A DNA stretch of 64,000 bases from positions 1,088,001 to 1,152,000 of the forward strand of contig OZ218778.1 in assembly GCA_965112635.1 (NCBI GenBank), read 5' to 3'. Positions 18,338-27,151 of the stretch are shown one piece after another. The translations under genes and the position numbers were made by a program. The notes below the pieces were generated by a model. The model saw only the letters and a program-made list of their open reading frames with translations, made no database searches and had not been told where the DNA came from. Numbering within the stretch: the stretch's first letter is position 1; each line of letters opens with the position of its first letter. This DNA is from an uncultured bacterium. Its GTDB lineage: Bacteria > Oederibacteriota > Oederibacteriia > Oederibacteriales > Oederibacteriaceae.

Positions 18338-19336
18338 ATGAAAATAGGCATCATTGGATGCGGTTTGATCGGGAAAAAGCGGGCGGCCAATGCGGTAGGT
18401 CATCAGGTCGCAGCGGTGGCGGATATAGACCTGACCAGGGCCAAAGAGCTGGCGGGGGGATATCCCGGGTGTCTGGCTGTTGCCGATTGGAAAAAAGTCG
18501 TTGCTATCTCCGAGATCGAGGCGGTGGTCGTGGCCACGACCCATGACCTACTATCACCGATCGGGCTTGCCTGCCTCAAGGCGGGGAAGCATGTTCTGCT
18601 GGAAAAACCCGCGGCGCGTTCCAGGAAAGAGCTCCTGCCCCTGGCTAAACTAGCTAAACAAAAGAAAAGGGTGATCAAGGTCGGGTTTAATCACCGTTTT
18701 CACCCTGCCGTTCAAAAAGCCAAGGAGATACTGGAAACGGGAGGGTGCGGGCCGCTGCTTTTCATCCGGGCAAATTACGGGCACGGCGGAAGGATCGGGT
18801 ATGACCGCGAGTGGCGGGCTCAGAAAAAAGTTGCGGGCGGGGGCGAAATGATCGATCAGGGCATGCATCTCATTGACCTGGCCAGATATTTTATGGGCGA
18901 TTTTCACGAGGTCTACGGTTATGTGCCAACTTATTTTTGGGATATGAAGGTGGAAGATAACTCTTTCCTGCATTTAAAGACCAGGAAGGGGCAGACCGCG
19001 TGGCTGCATGCCAGCTGGACCGAGTGGAAGAATATGTTCTCCCTGGAGATCTATTCCCGCACCGCCAAATTGCACATGACCGGCCTGGGAGGGAGTTACG
19101 GCCAGGAACAGCTAGTCCACTACCAAATGCTTCCGGAAATGGGTCCGCCGCAAAAAACGGTCTATGATTTTCCAGGCCAGGACCTTTCCTGGGAGTTGGA
19201 GTTCAAGGATTTTGTGCTAGCCATTGAAACAGGCCGAAGAGCATGCGGAGACATCGAGGATGGTTTGGCCGCCCTGGCGGTGACAGATGCTGTATATAAA
19301 ATGGCTGGTAAAAAGGGCATTGCAGCCAAGCTCTGA
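18338..19336 (+). CDS. Gfo/Idh/MocA family oxidoreductase
   Basis: GCGLIG, HVLLEKP, GFNHRF, GGGEMIDQGMHLID. Confidence 0.9.
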   Translation: MKIGIIGCGLIGKKRAANAVGHQVAAVADIDLTRAKELAGGYPGCLAVADWKKVVAISEIEAVVVATTHDLLSPIGLACLKAGKHVLLEKPAARSRKELLPLAKLAKQKKRVIKVGFNHRFHPAVQKAKEILETGGCGPLLFIRANYGHGGRIGYDREWRAQKKVAGGGEMIDQGMHLIDLARYFMGDFHEVYGYVPTYFWDMKVEDNSFLHLKTRKGQTAWLHASWTEWKNMFSLEIYSRTAKLHMTGLGGSYGQEQLVHYQMLPEMGPPQKTVYDFPGQDLSWELEFKDFVLAIETGRRACGDIEDGLAALAVTDAVYKMAGKKGIAAKL

Positions 19337-19443
19337 ACGAACGTTTTTACCTGAAAGATTTTTCTCAAGCCTGAAACCCCCTGACCTTACCTTATTTTTA
19401 GTGGTAGGATAGTGGATTAAAGACAGGAGGAGAGCGAAAAACA

Positions 19444-20427
19444 ATGATTATTACCCGCAGTCCTTTAAGGATCACTTTGGGAGGGGGAGGCACGGACCTT
19501 CCTTCCTATTACCGCAAATTCGGCGGTTTTTTGATCGCTGCGGCCATTGATAAATACGTTTACATCACCCTGCACCAAACCTTTGTAGATGATTTTATCT
19601 TGAAGTATTCCCTGATGGAACGAGTCCAGAAGGTCGAACAGATCAAGCATCCTATCGTGAGAGAAGCCCTCAAGCTGGCAGAAGTGGATATTGCCAGCCT
19701 GGAAATCTCTTCCATGGCCGATATTCCGGCCGGGACAGGGCTTGGTTCCTCAGGCAGTTTTACCACGGCTTTATTGAAAGCCCTGCATACCCACAAGAAA
19801 AACCTGATCCAACCCCAGGAGCTGGCCGAGCAGGCCTGCCTCATCGAATTGGAAAAGCTCAAAGAACCTATCGGTAAACAGGACCAGTATATTGCCGCCT
19901 ATGGCGGGGTGACCTGTTTTAATTTCAATGCTGATGATACGGTTACAGCCAGACCCTTAAAAGTTTCCAGAGAAACGCTTTATAACCTGGAAGACAACCT
20001 GCACCTTTTTTTCACAGGTTATTCCCGGTCGGCCTCGGGGATTTTGCGGGACCAGGACGAGAAAAGCAAAAAGGATGACCAGTCGGTCATAGAAAATCTG
20101 CACCATATCAAGGAGCTGGGTCTTAAAAGCCAAAAGGCCTTTGAAGAGGGCGACCTGGATGAGTTTGGCAAGATTCTTGACGAGCACTGGAAATACAAAA
20201 GGAAAAGGTCGCAGGGAATATCCAATCCCAAGATAGACGAATGGTACGAGTTGGGGCTGAAAAATGGTGCTTTGGGAGGCAAATTGATCGGCGCAGGAGG
20301 AGGCGGATTTTTGTGTTTTTATGCCAAGGACAAATCCCGGCTGAGGCGTGCGATGATCCAGGCTGGTCTTCAGGAAGTGCGTTTTCGTTTTGACTATAAT
20401 GGGACCGAGGTCGTGATCCAGTCATGA
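19444..20427 (+). CDS. GHMP sugar-phosphate kinase (HddA/LmbP-like)
   Basis: PLRITLGGGGTD, PAGTGLGSS, GKQDQY, GGKLIGAGGGG. Confidence 0.9.
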   Translation: MIITRSPLRITLGGGGTDLPSYYRKFGGFLIAAAIDKYVYITLHQTFVDDFILKYSLMERVQKVEQIKHPIVREALKLAEVDIASLEISSMADIPAGTGLGSSGSFTTALLKALHTHKKNLIQPQELAEQACLIELEKLKEPIGKQDQYIAAYGGVTCFNFNADDTVTARPLKVSRETLYNLEDNLHLFFTGYSRSASGILRDQDEKSKKDDQSVIENLHHIKELGLKSQKAFEEGDLDEFGKILDEHWKYKRKRSQGISNPKIDEWYELGLKNGALGGKLIGAGGGGFLCFYAKDKSRLRRAMIQAGLQEVRFRFDYNGTEVVIQS

Positions 20428-21128
20428 CACCGGCAGTGGCCATCCTGGCCGGGGGTCTGGCCACACGTCTGCGCCCCCTTACCGAAAAGATCCCCAAAGC
20501 CATGGTTGCTTTGAATGGCCTGCCTTTTATCCACCACCAAATGACCCTTCTCAAGGACAAGGGGATCAACGAGGTCGTCCTCTGCGTCAGTTATCTGGGA
20601 GAACAGATAAAAGATTACGTGGGGGACGGGTCGCGTTTTGGAGTGAAGGTCAGTTATTCCTGGGACGGAAAAGAACTGCTAGGTTCGGGCGGGGCGCTAG
20701 TCAAAGCCAGGACCCTTTTAGGCGACTCCTTTTGCATTTTGTACGGGGATTCTTACCTGGACGCTGATTATGCGGAAATTTTCAGGTTTTTCAAAAGCTC
20801 CGACAGGCTGGGCCTGATGACCGTTTTTAAAAATAATGGGAAGTTCGACCGGAGTAATGTAATATTTGAGAATGGCAGTATCGTCCGCTATGATAAAAAG
20901 TCAAAAGACCCGGCAATGGTTTACATTGATTATGGCTTGAACCTTTTGACCCAGCGGGCTTTGGACCTGGCTCCAGCGGGAAACTTTGACCTGGCCCAGC
21001 TTTTGGGCAGACTGGTGGCAGAGGGCCAACTGGCGGGGTTTGAGGTCAAAAACAGGTTTTATGAGATTGGCACACCCGCAGGAATAAAGGACACCGAAGA
21101 ATACATCAGGACCAGGGAGAAAAAATGA
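20424..21128 (+). CDS. Sugar-1-phosphate nucleotidyltransferase (HddC/LmbO-like)
   Basis: LAGGLATRLRP...PK, LLGSGG, YGDSY, FYEIGT. Confidence 0.88.
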   Translation: MTPAVAILAGGLATRLRPLTEKIPKAMVALNGLPFIHHQMTLLKDKGINEVVLCVSYLGEQIKDYVGDGSRFGVKVSYSWDGKELLGSGGALVKARTLLGDSFCILYGDSYLDADYAEIFRFFKSSDRLGLMTVFKNNGKFDRSNVIFENGSIVRYDKKSKDPAMVYIDYGLNLLTQRALDLAPAGNFDLAQLLGRLVAEGQLAGFEVKNRFYEIGTPAGIKDTEEYIRTREKK

Positions 21129-21703
21129 ACCTTAAGCAGTATGTGGACAATTTCCTTAAAGAAACAGAAGAAATCGTCAAAACCATCGACCGGGACGCTA
21201 TCGTCCGCGCGGTGGAAATCCTTAGAAAGATCCGTGACCAGCAGGGCAGGCTTTTTATCCTTGGGGTAGGCGGCAGCGGAGCCAATGCCTCTCATGCGGT
21301 CAATGATTTCAGGAAAATAGCCGGGATGGAAGCTTACGCCCCGACCGACAATGTTTCTGAGCTCACGGCATGGACCAACGACAGCGGATGGGAAACGGTG
21401 TTCGAGGAATGGCTCAAGGAATCCAAACTAAAAGCCGGCGACGGATTGTTAGTGTTCTCGGTGGGCGGCGGTACGGCGACCACTTCTCTCAATCTAGTCA
21501 GAGCCATGGATCTGGCCAAGAAGGTAAAGGCCAACATCGTGGCCGTGGTCTCCCGCGACGGAGGCCATGCCGCCAAGGTCGCGGATGCCTGCGTCCTGAT
21601 CCCCGTGGTCTCAGCCGAACGCATCACTCCCCATTGCGAAGGGTGGCAGGGCGTAGTCTGGCATATGCTGGTCAACGCTCTCGTCTCTGCCCAAGGGAAG
21701 TAA
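21125..21703 (+). CDS. gmhA: SIS-domain phosphoheptose/phosphooctose isomerase (GmhA/LmbN-like)
   Basis: GVGGSGANASH, TAWTND, FSVGGG, PHCEGWQGVVWH. The symbol is family-level only; substrate chain length is unknown. Confidence 0.82.
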   Translation: MNLKQYVDNFLKETEEIVKTIDRDAIVRAVEILRKIRDQQGRLFILGVGGSGANASHAVNDFRKIAGMEAYAPTDNVSELTAWTNDSGWETVFEEWLKESKLKAGDGLLVFSVGGGTATTSLNLVRAMDLAKKVKANIVAVVSRDGGHAAKVADACVLIPVVSAERITPHCEGWQGVVWHMLVNALVSAQGK

Positions 21704-21705
21704 GC

Positions 21706-22290
21706 TTGACCAAAGCCGTGTTCCTGGACCGGGACGGGGTTCTCAACCGACTGGTCTACAATTCCGCCACCACAGAATACGAGTCCCCGCATTTTTTAAA
21801 AGACCTGGAAATGTTGCCTAACCTCAGGGAACCCCTCCTGGCCCTGCAGAAAGAAGGATACCCGCTCTTTGTGGTCTCCAACCAGCCGAGTTATGCCAAG
21901 GGAAAAACAAGCCTGGAAAACATCAAGGCCATCGCTGAAAAGGTCAGGGAGCACATGGTTCAGCAAGGTGTTGCCATCACCGAGTATTATTACTGCTACC
22001 ACCACCCGGACGGCATCGTAGCCGGATTCAGCGGACCCTGCGAGTGCCGCAAGCCCAGCCCGTTTTTCCTTCGTCAGGCGGAGAAGAAATACGGTCTAGA
22101 TTTGGGGCAAAGCTGGATGGTCGGGGACGAGGACAGGGATATTTTGTGCGGGCAGGCCGCCGGGGTCAAAACCATCGTCCTCAATAATGCAAATTCAGCC
22201 AAAAAACGAGGCCAGGCAAAGCCCGATTTCAGGGCTAAGGACCTGGCAGATGCCGTCCAAAGGATTATGAAAGAAAGCAAGAAAACCTAA
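21706..22290 (+). CDS. gmhB: HAD-IIIA sugar-bisphosphate phosphatase (GmhB/LmbK-like)
   Basis: FLDRDGVLN, VSNQ, CYHHP...CECRKP, MVGD...D. Start set at TTG 21706 just after the gmhA stop. The symbol is family-level only. Confidence 0.88.
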   Translation: MTKAVFLDRDGVLNRLVYNSATTEYESPHFLKDLEMLPNLREPLLALQKEGYPLFVVSNQPSYAKGKTSLENIKAIAEKVREHMVQQGVAITEYYYCYHHPDGIVAGFSGPCECRKPSPFFLRQAEKKYGLDLGQSWMVGDEDRDILCGQAAGVKTIVLNNANSAKKRGQAKPDFRAKDLADAVQRIMKESKKT

Positions 22291-22330
22291 AAAAAGGTAT
22301 AATGTTCAGCGAATTTAAGGAGGTTTCCTT

Positions 22331-23047
22331 TTGTCTTTAAAAGAGTTAAAAATAAAGATCTTTGCCGACGGCGCTGACTTGAACGGCATGGTGCAGTTGT
22401 CCAAAGTAGGATGGGTCAAGGGATTTACCACCAATCCCACCCTGATGCGCAAGGCAGGCATCGTGGATTACGAGAAGTTCGCCAAAGAAGTCCTGCTGGC
22501 CATCCCACAGCTACCCATTTCTTTTGAGGTTTTTTCAGATGATTTTGCGGACATGGAGCGGCAGGCCAGGAAGATCGCGAGTTGGGGTAAGAGTGTATAT
22601 GTGAAGATCCCGGTGACCAATACCAAGGGGGAATCCTCGGCACCCCTTATCCGCAAGCTGGCCCAGGACGGCCTGCAGCTCAACGTCACGGCTATCACCA
22701 CCATCAACCAGGTCAGAGAGGTCTCGGGAGCTTTAAAGGCCGGCGTGCCGGGCATTATCTCCGTTTTCGCAGGCAGGATCGCTGATACCGGGGTGGACCC
22801 GGTCCCCCTGATGCAAGAATGTCTCAGGATCGCGCATGCCAAACCCGCGTTAGAACTTCTCTGGGCCAGCAGCCGGGAAGTGCTCAACCTCCTGCAGGCG
22901 GAAGCCATTGGTTGCGATATCATTACCGTCACCAACGATATACTCAAAAAAGCTTCCCAGCAGCTGGGAATGGATCTGGGGGCCATGTCCCTGGAAACCG
23001 TAAAAATGTTCGACAAGGACGCTACTTCTGCCGGATTTAAGTTGTAA
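22331..23047 (+). CDS. Small transaldolase-family protein (cluster-encoded; LmbR-like position)
   Basis: FADGAD, GFTTNPTL, ISFEV, VKIP (Schiff-base Lys), NVT, SVFAGR, LWAS. Confidence 0.9.
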   Translation: MSLKELKIKIFADGADLNGMVQLSKVGWVKGFTTNPTLMRKAGIVDYEKFAKEVLLAIPQLPISFEVFSDDFADMERQARKIASWGKSVYVKIPVTNTKGESSAPLIRKLAQDGLQLNVTAITTINQVREVSGALKAGVPGIISVFAGRIADTGVDPVPLMQECLRIAHAKPALELLWASSREVLNLLQAEAIGCDIITVTNDILKKASQQLGMDLGAMSLETVKMFDKDATSAGFKL

Positions 23048-23081
23048 GCAAAATCAACCTTATTTAAGGATGAGGTGAGCT

Positions 23082-24140
23082 ATGAAAGATTTGTGCGGAG
23101 GCCACAAGCGGAGGTTCCATTTTCTAGGAGAGGCTGTCTTGGGACTACTTTTGGCAGTGATTGTCTGGCAGGGGGCAGGATGCCATAAGAAAAAACCACA
23201 GGTGGTTGCTCCGGAGGAGCCGCAGATTCCTGGGATTTTTGCCACTGAGGAAAACAACCCGGCAGCAGCGAACAAACCCGTTGTACGGACAGAGACTTCC
23301 CCTGAAGTGTTCGACCGGATCATCACCCTGCAATTAGGACACCCCTTTGGGTTGGCTTTTTCTCGGGAAGGGCTTTTATACATAGCGGATACTTACAATT
23401 GTAGGATCGTGGTCGTTGATAGCAAAGGAATCATCAAAAAAACATGGGGGAAACAAGGTTCTGGTCCCGGTGATTTTTTATTTCCTTTCAGCATTGCTGT
23501 GAATGGGGACGGAGAAGTTTATGTGGCTGATTCCAAAAACCATCGGATACAGAAGTTCAATAAGAACGGAAACTATCTACTGAGTTGGGGCAGGTTGGGA
23601 ACTGGGCACGGAGAGTTCCAGTTCCCCTATGGCGTGGCTGTGGATACCAAAGGACTCGTTTATGTGGTGGATACTTTGAATTACCGTATCCAAAAATTTA
23701 CTGGATCTGGAAAATATATTGGACAGTTCGGAGAAAAAGGCAAACAGCCCGGAGCTTTTAATTATCCGTTCGCCTTGGCTATCAGCAGGAAGGGGCATGT
23801 CTATGTGGCTGACCAAGCCAATCACCGCATAGAGAAATTTACCCTTTCCGGAGATTACATTCTGAGCTGGGGGGCCTATGGCAATAAGAACCCCGAAGAT
23901 TTTGATAACCCTCTAGGAGTTTATGTGGATGACCATGAGCGGGTCTATGTTTCTGACACAGGAAACAAAGCTGTAAAGCTCTTTGACAGCGAGGGGCGTT
24001 TCATCGATATTTTTTCAGGATCTCAACAGCCGCTGGACCCTCTGGCCGACCCTGCCGGTTTAACTATGGACTCCGCAGGAAAGGTCTATGTGGCTGATCC
24101 GGAGAATAGCCGCATCTGCGTATTCCGGTTCCATATGTAG
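23082..24140 (+). CDS. NHL-repeat beta-propeller, probable lipoprotein
   Basis: Six repeats of the form F.FP.GVAVD..G.VYVADT.N.RIQKF. Hydrophobic segment followed by GAGC lipobox-like Cys. Confidence 0.85.
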   Translation: MKDLCGGHKRRFHFLGEAVLGLLLAVIVWQGAGCHKKKPQVVAPEEPQIPGIFATEENNPAAANKPVVRTETSPEVFDRIITLQLGHPFGLAFSREGLLYIADTYNCRIVVVDSKGIIKKTWGKQGSGPGDFLFPFSIAVNGDGEVYVADSKNHRIQKFNKNGNYLLSWGRLGTGHGEFQFPYGVAVDTKGLVYVVDTLNYRIQKFTGSGKYIGQFGEKGKQPGAFNYPFALAISRKGHVYVADQANHRIEKFTLSGDYILSWGAYGNKNPEDFDNPLGVYVDDHERVYVSDTGNKAVKLFDSEGRFIDIFSGSQQPLDPLADPAGLTMDSAGKVYVADPENSRICVFRFHM

Positions 24141-24190
24141 TGAAAGGGAGAAACACAAAAAACCGCTCCACCCCATGAGAGAAATGCAAA

Positions 24191-27043
24191 ATGGCTAAAG
24201 CTCTAAAGAGTTCAAAAAAAACAAAAGTGTCCGGTACCACGGCCCCCAGGCCCACCCTTAGGTGGATGGAACGAATATCAGGCCTGATCTATGGCGTATC
24301 CCAGCCGGCCCCAGGAGAGGGGGGGGATCCTCGGGCAAATTCGAGACAGATAAAAAAACAGGATAAACTTCAAAAGACCCAAACAGCCACATTTTTTCTC
24401 TCTCCAGAAGCTTATCAAAATGATGCCAAGAACTTTATTAAGGATCTATTCGTCGTTGGCTTGTTTGTATTCCTTTTATTATTGCTTTTGATATCCTTGT
24501 TGTCTGGACATTTTTTACTGGCTCTCCTAGCTATTTTTTTTGAAAGCCAATTGCTCGATCATATGCCTTGGGAACATATTTTCCCGGGTCAAAATAGAAC
24601 AAAAATATCCCTGCTTATCCTGCATTATTTTTTTGCCCCCCCCTTGCTTTTAAGTCTTGCCGCTGTGTTAGCCATCATTGGGCAAGTCAATTTTATCCTG
24701 CATCAGTTTAGGCCGGGTGCTTTATATTACCTGATGGCCATTATCTGTACTTTCGGATATGAAACCAAAGCCGCTCCAATGTCCGTTGAGCCAGGGCCTC
24801 CAGCGCCCATCAAAGGCAAAGAGATTAAAGCTCGTACGGTCCAGGGAGAGCCTCGCTTGAACCCATTCTATATTTTTGTCCCTATTCTGATGTTTGCCTG
24901 GGCTTTTTCGTATTTTATTATGGATATTTATCCCTATATGGGATTAGTGCTGTGGCTCCTGGGCGTCGGTCTTTTTATGTTCGGATTATGGAGAGCAGAG
25001 AATATCAAATATCCCCAGAATCTTGAACCCTTTACCAATAACCAAAAGATAGGCCTGGCGGCCATCCTCGTTACAGCCTTTATAGTCAGAGTCTTTAAAT
25101 TACAAGATATTCCACATGGCCTGGTCCATGACGAATGCTCCCGGTTGCTTGTATCTTTTTCGCTGCCTCTTCCTTTTTCGGTCAATGAATGGAACTATCC
25201 CAATATGCCGTTATTGCTCAATGGTCTTTACAGGTTTTTATTCTCGGACAACACCATCGCGTTCAGGATGGCGAGCGTGGTGCCGGGAACCCTCACCGTT
25301 TATCTGGTCTTTCAGTTTACCCGGTTTTGTTTCGGCAACCGGGCCGGGTTGTTCGCCGCATTCTTAAGCGCCTTCACTTTTCTGCCTATCGCCATCAGTC
25401 GCATGACCTACGACCAAGTGCATATTCCCTTCGCGACCGTCGGGGTGACCTACTTTTTTTACAAGGGGTTGAAGCTGCGAAGGAAGCTGGACTTTGCCTG
25501 GGCAGCCTGTTTCTTGTGTTTCGGCCTGCATTCCTACGCTGCCCTCAGGATACTCCCCTTTATTATCGCTGCTTTTTTGATCTATCTCTGTTTCAGGGAT
25601 AGAAAACTTTTAACGGAAAATAAGTGGGGGTTTTTGGTCTTTGCAGCGGTGACCCTGGTGCTGATGGGCCCCCTCATTTATGAAATGTTCGGCAAGGGAT
25701 CAGACCTGTGGCGCCGTCCCGTGGGCCTGTTCATTATCAGAGACACTCCCCTGTGGCAATGGCCCGCTTTTGTCACTAACGCGGTCATCATGATCTTGAA
25801 AGATTATTTTTACAGCGCCACGATCTATCTAGCCTACTGCATACGGTGGTTGGGTTTGCCGGAAAAGCCGGTTTTTGATCTCATTACTGCCGCCTGTTGC
25901 ATCGCTTCTCTGGGGATCGTTTTCCGGAGGATCAAAGAGCCTATCTATATTTTGATCTTAATGACCGCTTTTCTCAGCCTGTTGCCCCAAGCGGGTTCCA
26001 TGTTCCACTATCCAGTAGCCCGGACGCTTGGGCTGCTTCCTCCGGTATTTATGCTGGCAGGGCTTTTCCTGGGGAGAGGCTATGAATTGACCCTAAAAAC
26101 ATCTTCGCGTTTTATGAAAATCATTTTGCAGGGTCTATTTGCGGTTATTTTGGGCTATGTTTTCATTGCCAATGTCAGGATGTATTTTGTGACCAATGCG
26201 GAATATGTGGATTACTTCCCTTATGAGTCCGGTTTGCTTGGAAACGAAGGCATTTATGAGTGTGCCAGGCAGGAGATGGCCTTTGACAAGTTGGGCTATG
26301 CGGTCACCAGTGAATTGGCCAGTCATCCGACTTCTATTGTGGTCACCGCTGGAAGGGTTGAAAATCTTCAGGGGTACGCCTCTTACCTAGATATGCCTTA
26401 CACAAGGGTGTTAAAAAAAGGTTCTCCCGGCGTTGTTTATTTCTTTTGGCCTGACAAGACCAATGAAAGATTGAATCTATTAAAGGCCTTTTATCCCGCG
26501 GGCAAATACGGGAATTTTCAGAACCCCAAAACAAAAGATGTGCTGTATTGGTCCTATATCGTCAGCCAGGACGAACTGAAGGCCAATCAGGGGCTCAACG
26601 TCCAATACTACAACAATTTGGATTTTGCGGGTAAGCCGGTCACCCAGACCGCAGGGGAAGAGGTCGCTTATTATTGGAGAGAAAACCATCAACCGGTCAA
26701 AGCGCCCTTCAGCGCCCGTTTTTCGGGAGGTTTCTATTTTTCAACCGACCAAACCATCACTTATACTTTAGAAGCCATGGATCAAACTAGGTTTTTTATT
26801 GACGATAAGCTTGTCCTGTTTATTAAATCTTCCAACCGCATCACCAGCGTGGCTAAAGCCATTTTCCTGAAAGCCGGACCTCACCGTTTAAGAGTAGAAA
26901 CCATAGAAAGGTCAGGTCTGGGTGGGCTAGGCCTGTTCTGGAACGGGCCCTATTCCGGGCCCAAAGCGATCATTCCCAGAGAATCAATGTTGCCGACCTC
27001 AACTATGGAACGACTGTTCACCCTTAAAAAGATCAAACAATAA
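24191..27043 (+). CDS. GT-C (ArnT/PMT-like) membrane glycosyltransferase with C-terminal PA14 domain, paralog A1
   Basis: Multi-TM. R.FKLQDIPHGLVHDE loop motif, GLHSYAALR. C-terminal GLNVQYYNN...PFSARFSG...GPHRLRVE...LFWNGP is PA14-like. Confidence 0.8.
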   Translation: MAKALKSSKKTKVSGTTAPRPTLRWMERISGLIYGVSQPAPGEGGDPRANSRQIKKQDKLQKTQTATFFLSPEAYQNDAKNFIKDLFVVGLFVFLLLLLLISLLSGHFLLALLAIFFESQLLDHMPWEHIFPGQNRTKISLLILHYFFAPPLLLSLAAVLAIIGQVNFILHQFRPGALYYLMAIICTFGYETKAAPMSVEPGPPAPIKGKEIKARTVQGEPRLNPFYIFVPILMFAWAFSYFIMDIYPYMGLVLWLLGVGLFMFGLWRAENIKYPQNLEPFTNNQKIGLAAILVTAFIVRVFKLQDIPHGLVHDECSRLLVSFSLPLPFSVNEWNYPNMPLLLNGLYRFLFSDNTIAFRMASVVPGTLTVYLVFQFTRFCFGNRAGLFAAFLSAFTFLPIAISRMTYDQVHIPFATVGVTYFFYKGLKLRRKLDFAWAACFLCFGLHSYAALRILPFIIAAFLIYLCFRDRKLLTENKWGFLVFAAVTLVLMGPLIYEMFGKGSDLWRRPVGLFIIRDTPLWQWPAFVTNAVIMILKDYFYSATIYLAYCIRWLGLPEKPVFDLITAACCIASLGIVFRRIKEPIYILILMTAFLSLLPQAGSMFHYPVARTLGLLPPVFMLAGLFLGRGYELTLKTSSRFMKIILQGLFAVILGYVFIANVRMYFVTNAEYVDYFPYESGLLGNEGIYECARQEMAFDKLGYAVTSELASHPTSIVVTAGRVENLQGYASYLDMPYTRVLKKGSPGVVYFFWPDKTNERLNLLKAFYPAGKYGNFQNPKTKDVLYWSYIVSQDELKANQGLNVQYYNNLDFAGKPVTQTAGEEVAYYWRENHQPVKAPFSARFSGGFYFSTDQTITYTLEAMDQTRFFIDDKLVLFIKSSNRITSVAKAIFLKAGPHRLRVETIERSGLGGLGLFWNGPYSGPKAIIPRESMLPTSTMERLFTLKKIKQ

Positions 27044-27151
27044 ACTCCCTCGCCTGAACACTTCAGGAGAGGATGTAATGCCCAATGGGGTTCTGCGGTT
27101 CCATGGTCCTAAAAAATCTGACCCAAAAATATCAATCTAAATGGAATTTTT

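Noticed and set aside
21370-21705. N-terminal extension of the 306-aa phosphatase ORF
   Set aside because: It overlaps the SIS gene in another frame and has no domain character. The HAD motif begins just after TTG 21706.
15187-23047. A lincosamide antibiotic gene cluster
   Set aside because: No proline-derivative/adenylation/condensation genes, ergothioneine or mycothiol transfer enzymes, or resistance genes were recognised. The context is GT2/GT-C surface glycosylation.
23330-24130. Periodic sequence as a CRISPR or tandem DNA repeat
   Set aside because: The periodicity is degenerate NHL protein repeats. No identical repeats with unique spacers were seen anywhere in the window.
27047-27072. 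Hairpin CCTC-G-CCTGAA/TTCAGG-A-GAGG after paralog A1 as an intrinsic terminator
   Set aside because: No U-tract follows; it may be a stabilising stem but cannot be called a terminator.
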